Source: Trypethelium eluteriae (Eukaryota). From it: a stretch of DNA of 36,277 nucleotides. Below the pieces are notes generated by a model that saw only the letters and a program-made list of their open reading frames with translations, was not told the DNA's origin and made no database searches. How positions within the stretch are numbered: position 1 is the first letter of the stretch; each line of letters starts with the position of its first letter. The position numbers and the translations under genes were made by a program. This document shows, piece after piece, positions 23,996-34,100 of this stretch. Location: NCBI GenBank assembly GCA_051942245.1, contig JAVECL010000205.1, forward strand, positions 1-36,277. The letters run 5' to 3'.

Positions 23996-24765
23996 ATGTC
24001 CAAGACTGTTGAGCTGTTTGGCGGTGCCATCACCGCAGACTATCCAAATACATTCATTGATGTTAGGTAAATCTCTTGCAACCTATACGCTTTCAACGGT
24101 AGCTCTAATAGATACAAAGCGACCTTCGTCAGGTTCCTGATCACCAGGAAGTTTATATTGACGCCAATGGTCTAACGAGCATTATCGTCGACATCTTGGA
24201 GCGCCAACCGTCAGAAATGTGCAGTGACGATGAGGAGGTTGCCATAAACCATTTGAAAGACATCACGAACGATCACGACTTAATGCATACAAAGATCTGG
24301 ACTGCTGGAGCTGCACAGTTCTCTAAAATACCGTAAGTATAAATCTTTTGCTTTCCGAGGTTCCTTCTCTTACCCCCTTAGCCTGCCACTGTTCACGAAA
24401 GGCCGAGCTGATGTTCTTCTATGTCATCCTAATACTCTGCTCTCGACGTCTCTTGTGTAAGCTAATGAATGTTAAGGAACACTTCTCCTGTACTTTCTTT
24501 GTTTGCGACGGAACCAGTTCCCAGTCTACAGAATTCTAGACATCAGAAATATACGAGCATCCTATTGGTTCTTCTGCGTCTTGAAGAAAAACAGACCGAT
24601 ATTGTAATCACTGTCAACGTACCCCACGAGCCTGGCTCATGGGAAAGCGGAACTATTGATCCTGAAAACGGACGTTTGGGTTCACTCCTCGAAGCTGCCT
24701 CTGCCTATCAGGAGAAGATTCTGGCAAGCTTTGAAATTAAAGATTGGAATCTCTTCGTCAATTGA
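23996..24765 (+). CDS. MOG1: Ran guanine nucleotide release factor Mog1, 3 exons
   Basis: MSKTVELFGGAI...FIDVSDLRQVPDHQEVYID..GLTSIIVDILE...LLRLEEKQTDIVITVNVPH...FEIKDWNLF. Introns 24067-24119 and 24333-24476. Confidence 0.93.
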
Positions 24766-25088
24766 GCATGCCCATTTCCTGTTAGCATGAAGCCTAGACA
24801 TCTCGGAATTTCCTCGTCAAGTCCAGACAGTCTTCGCAACTGCAGTCCAAGAGCTCACAGGAGCCGGGCAACTCAGCCTATCCGACATCAATCAAGCATT
24901 CAAACCCTGGCGACATATTGCGGCAATTTAGATAGCTATGGTATAGAAACATGTTATATTATTATCTGCCTAAAGAAAAGTAAGGTTCCTAGGAAGTAGC
25001 ACAACTTCTTCGGGATCTAGGAATGCAACGGCCGTTCCAGTTCAGAACGCCCTCGGATCTCGTGTCTCGTGTACATGGGTTTCGACGC

Positions 25089-25592
25089 TCAAATGACCTT
25101 CGACTGCGCGCTGTTGATCTGTGCGACTACATTGGCAGCTCTAAGCAGTACTGTTAGTGTATCATGCATGCGGTAAGCTGTCAAGAGTCCATACTGAGCT
25201 TGAATCTGAGTCTGAGTATTCTGAATCTCTGTGGTAAGACGGGTCTCAGTGGTCTGGACGTCGGTTCGCAGAGTTATCACGTCGGTTCGCAGGGTTGTCA
25301 CGTCGTTTTGGAGGGCTCCAATATCGTTACGCATTGCGGTAAACCCCGATCGAGTAAAAGTGGCCAAATCAGCAATCTGTTGCTTCAGTTCAGATACGGT
25401 GGCCTGTAAAGCACTGATATGGCCAACGCCGGTAGTATCCTCAAAACGTTCCAGCTCTTAGACGAGTCCACCAAACTTTCTTCTCATTCTCGGGCCACTA
25501 AATGTAGGCTTCGTCCTGTCGTTGGCGTTTCCTTGCGGTGGATCATCCTGACTCTTAATCTCATCATTAGAGTCACCATCATTAGGCGCCAT
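25089..25592 (-). pseudogene. Probable pseudogene of a small coiled-coil protein (in-frame TAA at 25460-25458)
   Basis: ORFs 25458-25691 and 25089-25367 share one frame and are separated only by GTC-TAA-GAG. The downstream part encodes heptads (NDVTTLRTDVITLRTDVQ) and has a 54-nt GTATGG..CTAAC..TAG intron at 25194-25141. Confidence 0.55.
25258..25320. repeat. 21-bp tandem repeat, about 3 copies, encoding coiled-coil heptads on the minus strand
   Basis: ACGTCGGTTCGCAGAGTTATC / ACGTCGGTTCGCAGGGTTGTC / ACGTCGTTTTGGAGGGCTCCA. Confidence 0.8.
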
Positions 25593-25863
25593 ACTGTAAG
25601 GTAAAATCTGGTCTGGGGTTGAGTATAGGTTGACGTCGGATAATAAAGGAACAAAGCAATGTTGTTGAACAGTGACGCATTTTGCACGCATTATGGCTTA
25701 AAAGAAGCGCGTATTAGGTAAACAACAGTTGTGGGATGGAGTGATTCGGAGGCAAGAGTGAGGATTGGAAAAGATGGTCACACTATCGGTGTTTGGAGTG
25801 TTCTGAGATTATCGTAGGTGGGGCGGAGGGAGGCAGGTAGCAGTGTTGAGACATAGTGATATC

Positions 25864-26058
25864 TACCTTACGGCGGCTGGGGGGTTCCTCAACTGGTAGT
25901 TAATACAACGTTACCTCAGTTTAACTGTTATAACCATGTTAGCCCATGTTAAAGCGGTGTTAACATGTATTAACATGTATTAACATGGTCATAACAGTAA
26001 AGTCGAAATAACATTGTATTACCTACCAGTTGAGGAACCCCTCAGCCGCGTTAAGGTA
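25864..26058. mobile_element. Foldback MITE (non-autonomous DNA transposon, TA flanks, probably Tc1/mariner-dependent)
   Basis: Arms 25864-25941 and 25981-26058 are ungapped inverted repeats, 66 of 78 identical by hand count, around a 39-nt spacer. Ends are TA|CCTTA...TAAGG|TA. Internal 10-bp-period CATGTTA/TAACATG repeats. No ORF. Confidence 0.85.
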
Positions 26059-26322
26059 CCTTAATCGGTGATTGGTGTATTTGTGGATCTTGCAAGTGTA
26101 AAGGAGATGCTGCTATGATAATGAGACAGTTCAAAACTAGCTGGTCTGATTCAAGGCCCTCGAGTCGTCGTGGGAAACTGCAAAGAGATACTCCCAGACT
26201 ATCCAGGAGAGACGCATGAATATCTGGCATTTTTTATCCTCAATATATCGAATGTAGTCACACACTATTGTATAGCCGTTTCTGCAGTGCATCAGTTCAC
26301 AATCCATGAGCTGTCATTTGGA

Positions 26323-27270
26323 TCATAACGATGCCTTGTTACTCAATCTCCAGCTATCTGCGTTCTCATCTTTCACAACCTTTCCCTCACCTTCCAACTT
26401 ATCGAGCACCTGCACGACCCCCTTCTCGGCTGGCTCATGCAGACTCTCTGGATACTCCTTGTACACGATCTTCACAATCTCCATGCTCTTCCAGTCCCTC
26501 TTCTTATCCCCCTCACTCCCCATCGCCTGCAATATTTGGCCTTCCCTCTCCTTCCGATGCGCAATATACTCCCTGACTTTTGCCTTCCCATCCTCAATCA
26601 CATCCCCATGGCCCGGATATGCGCGCCCAGCAAACTCATGCCGCATTCGCTCCAGTGACTCCATGTACGCCGCCAGATCCTCAAAGACCGCCGTCCCGTG
26701 ACCGAGCACATTATCCCCCGTAAACATGGCGTCCTCGCTCTCCAGCACCAGCGCCATATGATCCACCGTATGCCCTGGACAATGGAACGCACGCAAGCTA
26801 CTCACACCTTCCACCTGGAAAGTCTGGCCGTGCGCGATATCTCGCCATGGCTTTGCGTCCGGCGACGCGAGATTTGGGTTCCCAAGCTCGGGTTCTGCTT
26901 TGTAGACTTCGCAGTCGGGGCAGAGGGATAGCAGGTCCGGGATTCCGCCGACGTGGTCAGGGTGCCAGTGCGTGAGGAGGCAGGTGGAGATGGTGGCGGA
27001 TTCGGAGGCTAGAAGAGAGGAGAGGGAGGAACGCCATTGGGGGCGGCCTTCGCCGGTGTCGATGAGGAGGCGGGAGGAACCGGTGCCGAGGAGGTAGGTG
27101 TTGGATCCTTGGAGGGTGAACTGGAGCTGGAGTTAGAGACGAGGTCGGGGAAGACGAGGGCAGGAGAGAGAGAGAGAGAGAGATGCCTTTCCAGGGTTCC
27201 CCCCGAGGATGCGAAAGACATGTGGGCTTAGTCTCTGCACATCTGGTAGATGCGGGAGGTTGGTAGCCAT
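26323..27270 (-). CDS. LACTB2: Metallo-beta-lactamase domain protein, LACTB2-like, 2 exons (possible upstream start at 27348)
   Basis: RILGGNPGK|FTLQGSNTYLLG...LIDTGEG...LLTHWHPDHVGG (HxHxDH)...PGHTVDHM...FTGDNVLGHGT...YPGHG...YIAHRKERE, with a winged-helix-like C-terminus. Confidence 0.9.
27164..27183. repeat. (GA)10 microsatellite inside the LACTB2-like intron
   Basis: Uninterrupted GA run read directly from the sequence. Confidence 0.9.
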
Positions 27271-27543
27271 TAGGCGAATGGAATGGAGACGGCGATGTAG
27301 GAAATGATCGATGAATAAAGACCTACATGATGATACGGCTGAGAACATTCAGATCAGATTACTATCGCGATTGCGCGATCACCGAGGTACAAGATATCGG
27401 AGTTCGTAGCTCGCTAATGGAAATAGTGCCTACATTTTGTCCAAGCAGGGAACGGAGTACAACCTCAAAGCAATTCCTTCTCGGGCGTCTCCAATTGCTC
27501 CGATGAACCGAGACTCGACACAAGAAATTCTTGAGTAGGAAAC

Positions 27544-28515
27544 ATGGCGGACGATGACGATGATATGCCGTGGGTAGCCTTGATACTTCTAATTTGCCTT
27601 GAGACGAATCCACTGACGCCATCGTTTAGCCAATTGCCTGCGGACACTTTAGCAGCATTGCGGGAATTCAACGAAGAACGGGACCTGCGCGCAAAGCAAT
27701 TTGCAGCTCTCCAGGATCAAGCAGAAAGCGACTTCTCGGAAAAGCCTTTCTCCATGGAAGCCTTCTCTGAAGATTGGAATGCGAGTCAATTCTGGGTATG
27801 TCGCCGTTCCAACATTCTTGAGAAGGTAGCGAAGTCGACCTCAAGGTTGACGGCTTTAAGTACAGAGATGAGACGGCTAAGACCTTAGCGCGAGCACTTC
27901 TCGAGAATGCAAACCACCAAACGAGGATTGGCGTCGTCTCGGCACCGAGTGTCTTCGTCCAGCTAAAGAACCTTCTCGTAGGCCGCATCTCAGCTTGAGG
28001 GTTTGTAGTCGATACCTAATTGCCTTTTAGTCGACTGTCGAAGCATCTGAGAGACCGATGATCGTGCTTCTTGAGTACGACGAGCGGTTCGGCGTGTTCA
28101 AGCAAGAATTTGTGCACTACGACTTTCAGCAACCATTAAAGCTGCCCGTGGATCTCAAGGGAAGTTTTGATCGCCTAATCTGTGATCCCCCATTTCTCAG
28201 CGAAGACTGTCAGACCAAGGGTGTGAATTGTCCCCGAATTTCTACTTGAGGTGCAGATCACTGACTGCTTTCTTAGCTGCACTCACTGTGAGATGGCTTT
28301 GTAGGTCGTGGAGCTCACCGAGCCAGAGTCCCGGTGATTATGATGGACAAAGGATTCTAGTCTGCACAGGTGAGCGAATGCAGTCAGTGGTTGAGAAATT
28401 GTACGGGAAAGCAGGAGTCCGAACGACGACATTCGACGTGCGGCACGCAAAAGGGTTGAGCAATGAGTTCAGATGTTATGCTAACTTTGAGAATGACCAA
28501 TGGAAATGGAGATAA
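27544..28515 (+). CDS. EFM5: eEF1A lysine N-methyltransferase Efm5 (N6AMT2/EEF1AKMT1), multi-exon
   Basis: MADDDDDMPQLPADTLAALREF...FSEDWNASQFWY.DETA...VVSAPSVF...LLEYDERF...FVHYDF...DPPFLSEDCQTK...CTGERM...LSNEFRCYANFE. Confidence 0.93.
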
Positions 28516-28864
28516 CGTTCGACTCGATCCCAGGATCTATCGGGTCTGGGGAGAAATTCCAAACTGTGTAGATTGACAAGGGTCGACAAAGACAAGCTTT
28601 CAAGAATGCATGCCTCGCGGTGACCTTGCAGAACGCCTCACTCGCTACGAAAAGAGGAAGAACGCCGGAACCCAGCATGAGTCAGGACCTGTATAAACGA
28701 AAGGCGAAAATGGCCGAGGACATACATAACAACGCTCGATACGATGCGAAGAGTGCAAAGTTGAAGAGGCTCAAAATACCCAAAATGCGGCCTGAGTCCA
28801 GGGCCAAGGAAAGTCCAACGCCGGGTCGCTAACGATTTCTCGATTGAAAAGCATCTCCGGTAGT

Positions 28865-30767
28865 TTAATCACCTGTGAGATCTACAAGACCCACTATGGG
28901 ATCTGAAAAGCCGCATTTGGGCGTGACCTTGATCAACGCTGTCGGTTTTGAATTCTTGGCCTTCTTTTCAACCTGCGCATAAGGAGCGAAGCCCTTGCGT
29001 GTTGCGTTCGGAGACAACGGAACTAGAACAGGAGCGTCGTGAAGCAAGTCGTCAAGATCAGGGAGATCAGAGCCAGGACTCAGATCTCTAACGGCTTGAT
29101 CGACATCAAGGCTTTGCAAAGTTGTCTCATCTCTGTCGGCCAAAGCCTTCGCGGTTATGTCGGATTCCTTCCTTCTTCCTCTTGGCCTCTTTGTTGGTCG
29201 GTCCTGTCTGGGTTCCTTCTCCACCAGCCTGTCGAGGTCATCGGATGAATGCAGCTCGCTTGACTTCCTCTTATTCCGGTCCTTGTTCTGAGACTTGATA
29301 TTCCAACCCTTCGAATTAGGGTCATCCCCATACTTCTTCTTTGCATTCTTCCTTTGCTTAATAGGAGGCGCGTTAAAATCTTGGTTGGGAAAGGCTCGTT
29401 TCAAGATAACATTCAAGAGTTCACATTCAACTCTCTCATCTGGATCATACGGGGGATCTTTCCTCTGTCTTTCCATTCCCAAATCCATGGCGACGGACTC
29501 GCCGACATCGATACATGTAACTTCAGCAGGTTTGAAAGAGATCTTCGTAGAGCTCTTGGCGGCTTCTTCAGTCTCCTTTTTGGACCTCTTCGCTGGTTGT
29601 ACATCGTAGCGATGAACGAATGCTCGTCCCCCAGGATCGGCACTCGCTAGCGACCTTGCTAAGAGGACAGGCGTAATATGTTTCATGTATTCTTTGGTGA
29701 AGAAGTTGAAGTGGTTGCGCAAATGCTCACGAAGGTTTGCCTCATCTATCTCCAAATCCCAACCATTGCGAAGGCAATTTAGATCTGTCAATTGATGTGG
29801 CCTTGAAACGAGTGGCCTATGATAAAGTCTCGCCTTGTCAACAGAAGGGTAATTTGGAGGAATCTCTAGAGGTTTGCGTTGCTCTCTGAGAAATTCAACA
29901 AGCTCTGATCGCCAGCGTCCCATACTGATCCCTTGATCTAGAGCATCACATAATGACTGCCCAAGTCCACGCCTTGCAGCTTGAATTGCAAGCTTCGGAC
30001 CGCACCCCCTGAGACCCGTGCTGTCGTAATCGCCTCCGTTCAGCATGGCAAAGGCCACGAGACCCTCTCGATCAAGTCTAACTTTTTCCTTGACGAGTTC
30101 GGCCCGGTAGATTCGGACTTTGGTCTCACTCTTTTTACCTCCCTCACGAAAGTCACGTATCAGCGTGGTACAGCCAAACATCAGACAGTCGCAGTCTTCA
30201 GACCAGACCGTGTCCACGACACCATGCCTCTGTAGTGCTGCGCATTCTGCTTTGGCTTCGCCTGGTGCCATATGTTGGGCCACTCCTAGCTGTTTGAGTA
30301 AATTCTTTAGGAGAGTGATCTCCTTCCATTGAACGCCTCCACCGCCATGTTTGCCTCGCTTACCGCGTGGCCTGTTTGCTCCATCAAAGACGAAAAGAAA
30401 CTGAATGTTGAGGCGAAGGAGTTTGAGAAGTCGATAGAGTATTAGTTTCTCGATGAGATTCCCGGCTTGAACGGTGTCTGATTTGCCATAAGGAGGAGAT
30501 TCGAGATTAAGAAAATTCTGAGGCGTATTCACATAAAACTACCTACTTTGACGTATCTGGTGAGCTTGCTGGGGGGTAAGATTCTTATATCTCCATCCCG
30601 GTTCGTCCACGGCTGTGCGTAATGGGCGACCAGTCCGTTCAAAATGACGCGCTGCGAATTCAGCAATGTGATAAACCTCACCATCACCGAGCTCATTCCA
30701 AAGCCTTTAGGGAGGATTAGTTTGATCTCTTAGGTTGTGTAGGGATTGCCTACTCTGGAAGCCCCAT
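28865..30767 (-). CDS. YEN1: XPG/Rad2-family structure-specific nuclease, Yen1/GEN1-like (possibly a divergent paralogue), 3 exons
   Basis: ATG 30767 (MGLPELWNELGDGE...FERTGRPLRTAVDE). Motifs FVFDG..RP..KRGK, APGEAKAECA.LQRHGVVD.VWSEDCDCLMFG and the H2TH GGDYD..GL.GCG. Exact orthology is not established. Confidence 0.75.
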
Positions 30768-31018
30768 TGTTTACGAAGCGGCGCTTAACGTGCAGGACAC
30801 CAACGCGGTGAACGCCTGCCTGCGCATATGCACGCTAAGTGGATCTCTGATAACTGAATGATTGGTAGCACAGTCAATCAGACAGAGCTTCGAGGCAGCG
30901 TGGCTCCATTTCTTGAAGACCACTGAAAAATGAGTGCAGAATCAGCCTTTCTCCAGACTAGAATTTTAATGGAGTAATTATAGGATAGAGGACATCCATC
31001 GAGATGTTGATTAGTTTG

Positions 31019-31047
31019 GTCACGTGACTCGCGTCATTTTCGCGTCA
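31019..31047. promoter_or_regulatory. E-box palindrome plus two MCB-like CGCG elements in the YEN1-like/SGS1 bidirectional promoter
   Basis: GTCACGTGAC at 31019-31028, directly followed by TCGCGTCA at 31029-31036 and 31040-31047. MBF-type sites are expected upstream of DNA repair genes. Confidence 0.55.
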
Positions 31048-31191
31048 ACCTCTCAGTCATGCAAGTGGGATCGCACAGTTTATCCGAGTTTCGGAGAACA
31101 CTACCCATCCACTTTGATGTGAGAGCCGATATCCCCACAAGTTCACGTACGGCGATTGACGGGCCTTTCTCAACAACAATGACTAGGGCAA

Positions 31192-34100
31192 ATGACCATC
31201 AATAATCTATCGCAGCATCTCTCTTGGTTGTTAAGCGCTAAACCACACATTCCGGCTCATACTGGCGAACCAAACGCGCGATTGCAGACTTCGCCGAGCC
31301 GCACTCAACAGTCAACCGAGCATACGGTCGCCTCTTTTGGATCTCAAAGGAATGATGTCGGGCTACAAGACCAAGAAAATCGGCTAGGTGATCAATCTCA
31401 GGCTCTGGGAGCCCCAGAAAGTGGTGGCGGTCAAGTGAATCAGCTTGAGAGCATGGCAAGACTTCGAGTGACACCCAACTCAGCGTCCAAGTCGCAGCTC
31501 GCTGCGGTGACAGGCACAGGCAACTCAGCTAAACCCACCGCCAGGCGTCAGACAAGTGAAGATAACAAGGAAAGATCAGTCATACCAAGAACTCCGGACA
31601 TCCATGCCGCGATCCACTTGAACCGGCGGACACGAGAGGATGACCGGCCACACGTCGATTCCATCGATCTGACAGAAGCTGTTGGAAGTCCAACGCAAAT
31701 CATGAGTATACGGCAATCCGCTGCTAGAGCTGGAAGAAAACGTAAAAGCTCCGAGTTTGAAATGGACAGCAGATCAACCGTATCTGGAAATCCCACGAAA
31801 TATCTCGCATTTGAGCACGCTAGAGCTACTGAGTTTACCTCGATTGACGATATCGTCGAGCCGCCTCCTCCGTATTCAACTGTCGCCCAAGCCCCAGAAA
31901 TCTTTCATGCTGAAGAGACAACCCCTCCTCCCAGTAGTTCAATACCTGGCTCAATTGAAGAACCCTTTTTTGACAGAAATTTTGATGCTATGGGAAGGCT
32001 CACACCGAAGACCAAGCAAGTGCCGGGACTTCGTCCAAGACACGCTTCAAGTGAGTCGGAATTCGAAGACCAGGGCCAAATCGACAATAGTAGACATGCG
32101 CGAATACTGGACCCCATATATCAAAGTCCGACGATCACGCGAGGCGCTACTAGAAAGCGGGTTGTTGTGGACTCTGAGGACGAGGAGGGGGTGACTGATG
32201 CTACTCACAGAAATGGTCGGAGGGGTTGTAATATACTCGATGTGAAGGGGATAAAGCATTTGGGTCAGCGTGAGAAAGAATATTCGTCGGACATACCCTC
32301 TACACCGCGTAGATGTTTACTCGACCGAAACGTCACAAAATCTCCCACAGACCGGTCCTTTCCAGTCAGCAGTCCTGCCAAGGAGTCTTCCAGAACTCCT
32401 CGCAAACGAAGGTCTCCTACAAAATCCCCTTCAAGTCGGCCGATTATCCAAGTCACCCGCCAAGAGTCTTCACAAATAGAATTGGATGCTACTGAAGAAC
32501 ATATCTTTGCAAAGTTCAACTCTCTCACAGAGAAGCATTTGAGCGAATGCGTCAAGAATATCAAGGAACGAATCGATAACTATCAAGAGATATTCTGGAC
32601 CTATGATGGGGAAGCACCTGCAGACGTATTGCAGGACTTCAAACTGTGGGAGCAGAAACTCGAAGCATGCACAAGTCTGCTGCCTCTCAGGGAGGAGTTG
32701 AGAATAGCAATTGATCACGAGAACGAGCTAAAGCAGAGGCTCTTCACTTTGATCAAAGCACGACCAAGTGATAACGAAGCCTTGGGTCCCATAAAAGCCG
32801 AGGTGAAGGCTTTCAAACGAACCCTTGCACAGCTGAAGGTCGATATAGTTCAGCAATTTAAGACTTCGGGAATGTCAGAAGATCTTATGATGGATGATTC
32901 TCTCTACGAAGAAGAAACGCCAAATTCCCCCGCTGTCGTAAAGTCCACACAATATCAAAGCTTACAGGACAGTCCCTCATCGATGCCAATACCAGGCTCA
33001 AGCACAATACCCCAAACACAGATTGGTTCACACAACAATATGGCCCCACAAAAGCGTCTGAGAGATGTCCAGCGACCTGTTACCCAGGCTGACCACCCAA
33101 AACCAGGCGATGGGCGACTGAAAAATCATCCGGCTACGGAGGCTGAGTTCACGAACGCTGGCGCGAACCAGGTACTACAATCTGAAAGGCGAAAGAGTCA
33201 CGAAATGCATGCATGCGATAATTCTCGCCAAGAAGCCGAGGAAAACTTTTTCGGTGATGATGACGAGGAAGAAGGCATATTTAGTACTGTTATGGGTATG
33301 CCGCCTGCAAGATCGGAAGGACAGGACGACTTTTACGGCTTCTGTGAGGACGATGACGAAATGTTGGAGGCAGCGGCGGCATTAGATCACGACCCTTCAA
33401 TTACCGAAAGCCCGCGTGGTCCTTCTTGTCACCGATCCATATTAGGTACGACGTCTGGAAACAAGATGTTACCCAAGAAGCGTATCTCTAGTTCGCCGGC
33501 GAAACGACCAAGACAGCATCTGTCAATGGCTGGGCCAGATATGCAGCACCCTTGGTCTGCAGATGTTAGGACCGCTTTGTTGGATCGCTTTCATTTGCGA
33601 GGCTTTCGAGCTAACCAGTTACCAACTATCAATACGACACTGAATGGAAAGGATGCTTTTGTTTTGATGCCTACCGGAGGCGGAAAGTCGTTGTGCTACC
33701 AGCTGCCCTCTATAGTCACTTCCGGCAAGACCAGAGGCGTGACTGTGGTGATTTCTCCCTTGCTCAGCCTTATGGAAGATCAAGTTCAGCATCTACAGGC
33801 CCTTAATATCCAAGCATTCGTCCTGAATAGCGAAAGCAGCATGGAAGAACGTCAACACATCATGACAGCTCTTAGGGGTCCTCGTGTGGAGGAGTTCATC
33901 CAGTTGCTGTATGTGACACCGGAAATGCTGAGCAAAAGTCAAAGCATGGTGAACGCATTCCGAACCTTACACTCCCGAAATAGGCTCGCAAGAATCGTCA
34001 TTGACGAAGCGCACTGCGTGAGTCAGTGGGGCCACGATTTTCGGCCAGACTACAAACTCCTGGGTGAAATTCGACAACAATTTCTCGGCGTGCCAGTCAT

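Noticed and set aside
24333..24476. Longer MOG1 intron as a snoRNA host or stwintron
   Set aside because: No convincing C/D or H/ACA boxes and no nested donor.
9282..26058. Composite transposon carrying the genes between the solo TIR and the MITE
   Set aside because: The solo end has the same orientation as the MITE right end, so the two do not enclose the interval as an inverted pair. The cargo would be core genes and no transposase is present.
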